Assembly: GCA_965215005.1 (NCBI GenBank)
Contig: CBDCCZ010000042.1
Location: 32,001 to 96,000, forward strand
Length of the DNA stretch: 64,000 bases
Reading direction: 5' to 3'
From: Kofleriaceae bacterium
GTDB lineage: Bacteria; Myxococcota_A; Polyangia; Haliangiales; Haliangiaceae
A model generated the notes under the pieces. The model did not search any database. It was not told the DNA's origin and worked only from the letters and a program-made list of their open reading frames with translations. The position numbers and the translations under genes are program-made. Shown piece by piece: positions 56,768 to 64,000 of this stretch. Numbering within the stretch: the stretch's first letter is position 1; every line of letters begins with the position of its first letter.

Positions 56768-57853
56768 TCAGCCCCCCAGCTCCGTCCCCACCGCCCGCGC
56801 TGCTTTGACCAGCTCGCCCTCGGGATCGATCCGCTTGAGCTTCTTGACCGCCTGCTCGATGGGCTTGGAAACGATCCGTTGGCCTTGGAGGGCCGCGACG
56901 TGTCCGAAGGTGCCGGCGGCGATGAGATCCACCGCCTTGACGCCAAACCGCGTCGCGAGCTCGCGATCGAACGCGCACGGCGTGCCGCCGCGCTGAATGT
57001 GCCCGAGCACCGTCACCCGCACCTCATAGTCGGTGCAGCCCATGATCGCCTCGGCGAGACGTTGACCGGCACCGCCGAGCTTGTCTTGCCGGGTCTCATC
57101 GCCCTTCTCCGCCACCGCGTGCTCGCCGCCTTTGGGTAGCGCGCCCTCGGCGACGCACACCAGCGAGAACGATTGTCCGCGGGCGGCGCGTCGATCGAAG
57201 GCTTTCACGATCCGCTCGACCTCGTACTCGATCTCCGGCACCAAGATGACGTTGGCGCCGCCGGCGAGCCCGGCCGTGAGAGCGATCCAACCCGCGTAGC
57301 GCCCCATGACCTCGCAGATCATGATGCGCTCGTGGCTCTCTGCGGTGGTCTTGAGGCGATCGAGTGCTTCAGCGACCACCTCGACGGCAGTTTGAAACCC
57401 GATGGTGTAATCGGTGGCCTCGAGATCGTTGTCGATGGTTTTAGGCACCCCGACGATGCGCGCACCCCGCTCGAGAAAGCGGCTGCCAAACGACATCGTC
57501 CCGTCGCCACCCACGACCACCAGCCCTTCGAGACCGAGCCGCTTGAGATTTCCCAAGCAGCGCTCGGAGACGTCGTGAATCTCGACGCGGCCGTCGGGCA
57601 ACGTGAGTGGGTAGGCGAATGGATTGGCACGATTGGACGAGCCCAGCATCGTGCCGCCGCGGGTGAGCAACGCGACGGTGTTGGCCTCGGTGAGATCGAT
57701 GTAGTTCTGCTCGTAGAGCCCTTCATAGCCATCACGAATGCCAACCACGTCCCAGCCATGAGTCTCGTGCGCGTGCTTGTACACCGCGCGAATGACCGCA
57801 TTGAGGCCTGGACAGTCGCCGCCCCCCGTGAGGATGCCAATCCGCTTTGTCAT
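56768..57853 (-). CDS. pfkA: 6-phosphofructokinase (group III-like)
   Basis: ILTGGGDCPGLNAVIRAV, GGTMLGSS, GGDGT, PKTIDND, EVMGRYAGWIA, VLGHIQRGG. Confidence 0.95.
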   Translation of the reverse strand: MTKRIGILTGGGDCPGLNAVIRAVYKHAHETHGWDVVGIRDGYEGLYEQNYIDLTEANTVALLTRGGTMLGSSNRANPFAYPLTLPDGRVEIHDVSERCLGNLKRLGLEGLVVVGGDGTMSFGSRFLERGARIVGVPKTIDNDLEATDYTIGFQTAVEVVAEALDRLKTTAESHERIMICEVMGRYAGWIALTAGLAGGANVILVPEIEYEVERIVKAFDRRAARGQSFSLVCVAEGALPKGGEHAVAEKGDETRQDKLGGAGQRLAEAIMGCTDYEVRVTVLGHIQRGGTPCAFDRELATRFGVKAVDLIAAGTFGHVAALQGQRIVSKPIEQAVKKLKRIDPEGELVKAARAVGTELGG

Positions 57854-57917
57854 GGTTTGGTAGTATATGCAGTGACGCTTTGAGACTCACCGCTTCACCC
57901 CCACAAAGTCGGAATTC

Positions 57918-58430
57918 ATGCCCACGCTCGATGATCTAGGCCTGCGGGTTATTCGCTCCCAGATTCACGGCTACGGCGTCATTGCGCTGCGCCGGTTTCG
58001 CGAGGGCGATATCGTGGTCTACGGCGACGGCGTGGTGTGGCGGGAAGACCAGGAGTTCGACGATACCTATTCGCTGATCCTCGCCGGCAGGGATGTCGGC
58101 GAGGACGACGAGGAGGGCGTCCAGCTCTACTTCGACTTGACCGACCAAACGCGGTGGATCAATCACACCTGCGACCCCAACACCGAGGTAGATACCTCGT
58201 GGGATGGGCAACGTGGCGTGGCCAAGGCGTGGTGGGTAGCGCTGCGCGACATCGCTGAAGGCGACGAGCTGAGCTACGACTACGCGTTCTCCGCGCACCT
58301 GGCCGAGCCGTGCACCTGCGGCGTGCAGCGCTGTCGCGGACTGATCGTCGACCCCGACGAGCTGCATCTGGTTCCCGCATCGCTGCGGCACCTTTTGCGC
58401 GGCGCACGCGGCCGGCGCCGCAGCGCTTGA
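57918..58430 (+). CDS. SET-domain protein with post-SET cysteines
   Basis: SQIHGYGVIA, WINHTCDPN, ALRDIAEGDELSYDY, CTCGVQRCRG. Confidence 0.9.
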   Translation: MPTLDDLGLRVIRSQIHGYGVIALRRFREGDIVVYGDGVVWREDQEFDDTYSLILAGRDVGEDDEEGVQLYFDLTDQTRWINHTCDPNTEVDTSWDGQRGVAKAWWVALRDIAEGDELSYDYAFSAHLAEPCTCGVQRCRGLIVDPDELHLVPASLRHLLRGARGRRRSA

Positions 58431-58431
58431 A

Positions 58432-59529
58432 TTAGCGGCGCCGGCGCCGCGGCCAAAGCACGAGCAGCAGCGCCGCGAGCCAGCCGCGGCCGCCCAAGGA
58501 GACACGGCAACCGCTTTCGGCAGCCGTGCACGAGTCGGTGCCCCTTGCCGCGTGGCACTCCTCCTCGGACGCGCCGCCCACGGGACAATCGAGGTCGACC
58601 GCCGCACACTCCTGAGCGCACACGCCGTTGAAACCGCACGCGTCACAATCGGGGTCGGAAAACTGGCCGCACCCTTCTTCGACGCAGGTGCCATCGGCGG
58701 CGCAGGGTCCCGTCCACGCGGCAATGACCTCGGCCAGCGAGTCGTCGAGATGCCAGTCCAAACGCGTCGCCCGCGACTCGCCTTTGCAGCCAGCGGCGCC
58801 AAAGGAGGTGACGGCGATGAGCTCCTCGCGGCCGTCGTCATCTACATCGAGAAATAATGGCCCGCCCGAGTCACCTCGGCAGATGTTGACGCGCTCGCCG
58901 CCAAACCGGACGAACGGACCGTCGACGCTCGAGAGCGTCATCGTCGCCTCTCGCTTGACGCCCGCTCCGAGCTGCGCGTCACCGTCGCTCACCCCGAAGC
59001 CGACCACGCGGATCGGTTGCCCCTGCAGCGCTGCCGTGAGCGGCTCGCGGTTGTAGGGCAACGGCTCATATCCCGAGGGTGCGGCATCGATACGAACCAG
59101 GCCGAGGTCGAAGCCGTCGTAGAGGCCGCCGCGGTAGCGCCGATGGGCAAACTGGTCGACAACCGCCGCCGAGGCGACAAAGCCTGCGTCGCCGCCGGTG
59201 CCAAAGCGAGCGGTGCCGCGGCCGGCGGTGCCAGCGTCGATGTTAGATTTGACACAATGCGCCGCGGTGAGCACCACCGTTGGCGCAATCAGCGAGCCGG
59301 TGCACAGGCCGGAGTCGGTCTCGAGCATGACCACCGAGGGATCGGCGCGATCCACCGTGCCGCCGATGATGTTCTGCTCACTGGCTGCTGTAGCCCTCTC
59401 GCCAGTGACGTTGCGCCCGGTTGCAGTGGCCAGCTCGCCAGCGTCGCCTGGGTGCTCGAACGCCACCAACGTCGCCACGGTTGCGGCGGTCGCTGCAGCC
59501 ACTACCGCTGGCGTGCGCAGGCGTTGCAT
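58432..59529 (-). CDS. Secreted S1 (trypsin-like) serine protease with Cys-rich region and MYXO-CTERM-like tail
   Basis: IIGG mature start, LTAAHC, DLGLV, CRGDSGGP; C-terminus SGCRVSLGGRGWLAALLLVLWPRRRRR. Confidence 0.9.
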   Translation of the reverse strand: MQRLRTPAVVAAATAATVATLVAFEHPGDAGELATATGRNVTGERATAASEQNIIGGTVDRADPSVVMLETDSGLCTGSLIAPTVVLTAAHCVKSNIDAGTAGRGTARFGTGGDAGFVASAAVVDQFAHRRYRGGLYDGFDLGLVRIDAAPSGYEPLPYNREPLTAALQGQPIRVVGFGVSDGDAQLGAGVKREATMTLSSVDGPFVRFGGERVNICRGDSGGPLFLDVDDDGREELIAVTSFGAAGCKGESRATRLDWHLDDSLAEVIAAWTGPCAADGTCVEEGCGQFSDPDCDACGFNGVCAQECAAVDLDCPVGGASEEECHAARGTDSCTAAESGCRVSLGGRGWLAALLLVLWPRRRRR

Positions 59530-59791
59530 GCTGCTGCAGAGGGTGTCTCTAGAAGACTGCGTCGGCAATCTCACAAGCGATTTCTATCGGTGGCGGATTC
59601 TCACCAGCAGGCCGCCGCGGGATGGATGACGTGCCCCCTTCGGCGTCTCCTCAAGCGATTGTTGCGTTGCTTGCGGTTTGCCGACCTAGCCGTAAACCAC
59701 CAGTCGCCTTGCAATCGCACAGCGGCGGTCACTGGAAATTCTCGATTGACTCTTGCGAGCGCGGCCACGGTTGCGCAATCGTCGCGGTTCT

Positions 59792-61723
59792 ATGGCCGGG
59801 AGCAGGGATGTGGATGCATGCGCTCTGCCGGCCGCGGCGCCGCCTGCTGCACCCGCTGACGCGGCGCTGCGAGAGGCGGGTGCGGACCGAGCATCGCTCG
59901 ACGACGAAGGTTGCGCTGGCGATGCCCTCGAAGCGCGGATGCTCGCCATTGCGCAAGAGCGCTTCGGAATCCGCGCCTTTCGCCCCGGCCAAGCGCTCAC
60001 GATCCGCAACGTGTTGGCTGGCACCGACACCCTCGCGATCATGCCGACCGGCGGCGGCAAGTCGCTCTGCTATCAACTGCCGGCGCTCGAACTCGCCGGC
60101 GTAACGCTGGTGGTCTCGCCGCTCATCGCGCTGATGAAAGATCAGCACGACAAGCTCGCGGTGCTCGACATCGACGTATTGCGGCTGGACTCGACTCTCA
60201 CGCCGCGCGATGAGAGCGCCGCGCTTGCACGCCTTGGCAACGGCGAGCCATGCATTGCTTACGTCACCCCCGAGCGACTCGGCGAGGCAAAATTTCGCGA
60301 GCGCTTGAGCGGAGTGCGGGTGGCGCTGTTCGTCGTCGACGAGGCGCACTGCATCTCGCAGTGGGGACACGACTTCCGCCCCGCCTATCTCGGCCTCGGC
60401 GAGGCAGTGCGCGCCATCGGTCGGCCGCCGGTGTTGGCGCTGACCGCCACCGCGCCGCCGCGGGTCAAAGACGACGTCCTGGCGCAGCTCGCCATCGCCG
60501 ACGCCTCGGTCATCGATGTCGGCCTGAAGCGTCCCAATCTCCACTACCACGTGTTCGAGGCCCGTTCGGAGCGCAAGAAACGCGACTTGCTGCTCCGACT
60601 GCTCGACCGCCAGCAGGGCTGCGGCATCATTTATGCTGCCACCGTCAAGACCGTGGATGCGCTGGCCGATTTTCTGGCTGATTCGGGCATCGACTGCGGT
60701 CGCTACCACGGCCGGATGCGCGCCAAAGAGCGCGACCACGTGCAGACCGCGTTCATGGAGCGCTCCGAGCCGCGCATCATGGTGGCGACCAATGCGTTTG
60801 GCCTCGGGGTCGACAAGCAGGACCTGCGCTTCGTCATTCACTACAATTTCCCCGGTTCGCTCGAAGCGTATTATCAGGAAGCCGGGCGCGGCGGCCGTGA
60901 TGGCAATCCGGCCAACTGCATTCTGCTGTACCAACCGCAGGACAAGCGCATTCAGAGCTTCTTTCTCGGTGGCCGCTACCCGACGCCCGAGCAGACTCTG
61001 GCGGTGGCCGACGCCCTGCTCGGTCTCCACGAGATGAACGACGACCCGGCGCCGCTCAAAGCGATCGCCGAGCGCGCCGATGCGCCCACCAAAAAGGCGC
61101 GCGTGGTGCTCTCGTTCCTCAAAGAGGTCGGCTTTGCCGCGGAGCACAGCGGCGCGCGGTTTCGTCCGCTGGCGGCCCAGCCTCCGGGTCTCGCGGAGCT
61201 TGCGCGCGCCACCCAACGCTACGAGCAAAAGCGCCTGCAAGACCGATCGCGACTGGCGGCGATGTTGCGCTACGCCAAGTCGCACCTGTGCCGCACGCGG
61301 CTCTTGCTCAGCTATTTCGGCTATCACGACGACGAAGAAGCCTGCGGCCACTGCGACAACTGTCTCAGCGCCGAAGAACACCACGAGGCGCGGGTTCGCC
61401 ACGACGCTGCCGCCGGTCTCGCCGCGACGCGCGCCGCGGAGCGTGCCGCCGAGACCGACGCGAGCGCCGACGACCGCCGCGCCAAGCTCGCCCAAGCGAT
61501 GGCGCGCCGGCGTGCGCGGCAAGACCGCGGCCGCGCCCTCAAAGTTGATCGCGGCCGCCGCGCAACCACCTCTAGCACCGGCTTCGACAAGGGCGATTTA
61601 GTGCGCCACAAGACCTGGGGCGAGGGAGAAATCGTCCGCATTCTCGGCGACACCGTGGGTGCCTTTTTTCCGGGTGTGGGCGAAAAGCTCTTAAAAGCCA
61701 GCTTCTTAGAGAAGGTCGAATAA
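59792..61723 (+). CDS. recQ: RecQ-family ATP-dependent DNA helicase with atypical C-terminus
   Basis: FRPGQ, MPTGGGKSLCYQLP, SPLIALMKDQ, VDEAHCISQWGHDFRP.Y, LTATA, VATNAFGLGVDK, YYQEAGRGGRDG, Zn motif CR...YFG...CGHCDNC. Confidence 0.93.
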   Translation: MAGSRDVDACALPAAAPPAAPADAALREAGADRASLDDEGCAGDALEARMLAIAQERFGIRAFRPGQALTIRNVLAGTDTLAIMPTGGGKSLCYQLPALELAGVTLVVSPLIALMKDQHDKLAVLDIDVLRLDSTLTPRDESAALARLGNGEPCIAYVTPERLGEAKFRERLSGVRVALFVVDEAHCISQWGHDFRPAYLGLGEAVRAIGRPPVLALTATAPPRVKDDVLAQLAIADASVIDVGLKRPNLHYHVFEARSERKKRDLLLRLLDRQQGCGIIYAATVKTVDALADFLADSGIDCGRYHGRMRAKERDHVQTAFMERSEPRIMVATNAFGLGVDKQDLRFVIHYNFPGSLEAYYQEAGRGGRDGNPANCILLYQPQDKRIQSFFLGGRYPTPEQTLAVADALLGLHEMNDDPAPLKAIAERADAPTKKARVVLSFLKEVGFAAEHSGARFRPLAAQPPGLAELARATQRYEQKRLQDRSRLAAMLRYAKSHLCRTRLLLSYFGYHDDEEACGHCDNCLSAEEHHEARVRHDAAAGLAATRAAERAAETDASADDRRAKLAQAMARRRARQDRGRALKVDRGRRATTSSTGFDKGDLVRHKTWGEGEIVRILGDTVGAFFPGVGEKLLKASFLEKVE

Positions 61724-61945
61724 GCGCCGACGCCATCGATGTTCACGAACTCGTTGGCGAGCCTATACGCAGCGCTCGCGCAGCGCGCTGTTGCCGGAGC
61801 TCGATCTGACGTTGCTGGCGAGCTTTCTACAGCACAAGAGTCAGACCAGCGCCGTCCGCGACTTCCGCGCCGCGCTCGCGTTAGGCTGAGCGGCTCCTGC
61901 GGCGGGATGGCGGCGATTTCTGCGCTCGCTGCGCCGGCGAGCGAG

Positions 61946-62878
61946 TCAATACAAGGCGGCCGGGGCATTCTCCAGCCACCGCGTTGGCGTCGGCGCCACG
62001 GCCTGCGTGGCCGCGGTGCTGCACGTGCCGCCGTAGGACAGCGCGATGCTCTGGTGGGTGCCCGCGGCGGTGCTGGTCTCGCGCACCAGCCTACCCACGC
62101 CGTCGTAGTCGAACGACACCGCTGCGTTTGGCTCTTGCACCCGTACCAGCCGACCGTCCCTATAGTGCGGCCGCCACGCGCCTCCTGCCGCGTCATCGGC
62201 GCCGAGCCAGCGGCCAGCATCCCATCGGTGCCGTCGCTCCAGCGACTGCGGGCACAACGCATCGGCGATCACGCAGACGCGCGACTCGGTGACGAGCCGG
62301 CCGGCACTATCGTAGCCAAATCGCGCGCGGCGAACCGGCAATCCCGACTCGAGCTCGACTCGCACGACCAGCTGCTCGTTCTGGTAGAGCTCCTGCAACA
62401 GCGCCGTGCGCATCCCGCGCTGCTCGCGATGCGCGCGCCGCTCTACCAACCGGCCGCGATCGTCGTAGCGCCGCTCGATGACCACGGCTGCGCCGTCGCC
62501 ACGCCCCGAACCGCGCGCCTCGCTGATGCGCGCGCCGATACTCCGGCCACGCTGGTAGTGAAACTGGGCGCGGCGCGCCCGGTTCATTGAAACCATGGGT
62601 TGCGATTCGAGACTGGCCGATCGCACCTGCGGCTCGAACCGCAGCTCGACCAAGCGGCCGCTGGCGTCATAGCGATAGCGAGTCAACCCTTCGGCGCTTC
62701 GCCGCAGATGCAGCTCACCGCGCGCGTCATAGGTGCGCAGCTCGCGCACGCCGTCATCGCGGGTGAGGGTGATCTCGCACGTTGGCTCGAGCTCGCGCTG
62801 CGACACGCGTTGGGACCCCGCGCAGCTACTGCTGACGATGGCGAGGAGGAGACCAGCGACACGAGTGGGGCGGCTCAC
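61946..62878 (-). CDS. Putative lipoprotein with YD-like repeats
   Basis: LLLAIVSSS-C lipobox-like signal; repeats TYDARGEL, RYDASGRL, RYDDRGRL, GYDSAGRL, DYDGVGRL. Confidence 0.75.
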   Translation of the reverse strand: MSRPTRVAGLLLAIVSSSCAGSQRVSQRELEPTCEITLTRDDGVRELRTYDARGELHLRRSAEGLTRYRYDASGRLVELRFEPQVRSASLESQPMVSMNRARRAQFHYQRGRSIGARISEARGSGRGDGAAVVIERRYDDRGRLVERRAHREQRGMRTALLQELYQNEQLVVRVELESGLPVRRARFGYDSAGRLVTESRVCVIADALCPQSLERRHRWDAGRWLGADDAAGGAWRPHYRDGRLVRVQEPNAAVSFDYDGVGRLVRETSTAAGTHQSIALSYGGTCSTAATQAVAPTPTRWLENAPAALY

Positions 62879-62964
62879 GATGGGTTAGTTCGGCCATCGG
62901 CGGATCGTCCTGAAGCGTGTCGTGAGCGAGTCCACGGCTCGACAGCGACATATCGCGCCACAGA

Positions 62965-63747
62965 CTACGCGTCGTGACGCCGCTGCCGCGCGACCTCGTA
63001 GAGGACGATGCCGGCCGCGACGCTCACGTTGAGCGAGCCAACGGCGGCGTGCGGCATTGGGATCTCTACGGCGAAATCGCAGCTCTTGGCGATCAGCGGT
63101 CGCAATCCGCGGCCTTCGGCGCCGAGCACCAACGCGAGTGGACTCTTGCCCTCGAGCGTCCACAGCGGCTGCGCGTTGTCGCCTGCGGCCACGGCCGCCA
63201 GCCACAAACCGGCTTGTTTGAGGTCAGCCAGGGTGCGCGCGAGATTGGTTACGCAGGCGATCGGCAGGTGCTCGGTGGCGCCAGCGGAGGCCTTGGTTAC
63301 CACCGCGGTGACCGTCGCCGCGCGCCGCTCGGGAATGATCAACAGATGCGCGCCGAGCACGTAGCTCGAGCGCACGATGGCGCCCAGGTTGTGCGGGTCT
63401 TGAACGCCATCGAGGCACACGACGAGGGGGGTGTCGCCGGCGGCGCGGACGCTATCGAGCACTTCGAAGGCATCGGCGTAGGCCAGCTCACCGGCGATCG
63501 CGACCACGCCCTGATGACGCGCGTCGTGCGGAGTGAGCGCGTCGAGCTCGCGGCGGTCGCGCGGCTCGATGGCAATGCCGCGGGCCTTGGCCTCGCGCAC
63601 CAGCTCTTCGTGCGGGTCGCTGCCGGCGCGGCGCTTGCCACTGGCGGTGCGCGACACCGCAACGTAGATGACGTGGACGTCGCCGCCACCGGCGCGCAAG
63701 AGCTCGCGCACTGGCCCAACCCCATAGACCTGCCGGCGTGCGCTCAT
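62965..63747 (-). CDS. rlmB: 23S rRNA (Gm2251) 2'-O-methyltransferase, TrmH/SpoU family
   Basis: [52 protein letters not shown]....[14 protein letters not shown]. Confidence 0.9.
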   Translation of the reverse strand: MSARRQVYGVGPVRELLRAGGGDVHVIYVAVSRTASGKRRAGSDPHEELVREAKARGIAIEPRDRRELDALTPHDARHQGVVAIAGELAYADAFEVLDSVRAAGDTPLVVCLDGVQDPHNLGAIVRSSYVLGAHLLIIPERRAATVTAVVTKASAGATEHLPIACVTNLARTLADLKQAGLWLAAVAAGDNAQPLWTLEGKSPLALVLGAEGRGLRPLIAKSCDFAVEIPMPHAAVGSLNVSVAAGIVLYEVARQRRHDA

Positions 63748-64000
63748 GCGAGCTCCGCGGCGATCGCGCGCGCCGCAGCGGCGGGATCCGCCGCGCGCCA
63801 AATCGGACGCCCCACGACCACCAAGTCCGCACCCGCCGCGCGCGCTTGCCGCGGCGTCATCACGCGCTTCTGATCGTCGGCGGCGAGCCCGGCGGGACGG
63901 ACGCCGGGCGTCAAGATCACCAGCTCCGAGGTGGTTGCCGCGCGCACGGCAGCGGCCTCGTGGGGCGAGCACACCACCCCATCGCAACCGCTCGCGAGCG
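63744..64000 (-). CDS. pyrF: Orotidine-5'-phosphate decarboxylase, C-terminal part
   Basis: [38 protein letters not shown]. Confidence 0.92.
   Translation of the reverse strand, partial: LASGCDGVVCSPHEAAAVRAATTSELVILTPGVRPAGLAADDQKRVMTPRQARAAGADLVVVGRPIWRAADPAAAARAIAAELA

Overview
High-GC bacterial chromosomal window whose gene content (MYXO-CTERM-like protease tail, giant TPR protein, poly-HAMP kinase) suggests a myxobacterium; this is inferred, not searched. Left end (1-10.3 kb, minus): a signalling operon of REC-HK-REC, an 11-12-unit poly-HAMP hybrid kinase, CheR, stand-alone CheB and a dCache sensor, preceded by a candidate sigma54 promoter with two tandem TGT-N12-ACA sites. Middle (11-34.7 kb): housekeeping genes purC, purB, dut, pnp, rpsO, truB, DHH, rbfA, DUF503, infB, ylxR, nusA, rimP, a nitrilase-family hydrolase, recJ, secF, secD, yajC, tgt, queA. 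pnp, nusA, recJ and secF carry 14 single-base insertions, most likely long-read errors. Right (34.8-64 kb): a secreted HEAT-repeat protein, a 3,753-aa TPR protein, a heterodimeric ABC exporter, a kinase-REC-GGDEF fusion, DUF5658-like protein, pfkA, a SET-domain protein, an S1 protease, RecQ with a PcrA/UvrD-like C-terminal domain, a YD-repeat lipoprotein, rlmB and partial pyrF. I found no tRNA, rRNA, CRISPR array, integrase or transposase. No clearly new system is proven. The best leads are the CheR/CheB plus poly-HAMP kinase cassette lacking CheA/CheW/MCP, the RecQ-Tudor fusion, the kinase-cyclase fusion, and two tandem duplications of gene 3' ends (dut, infB).
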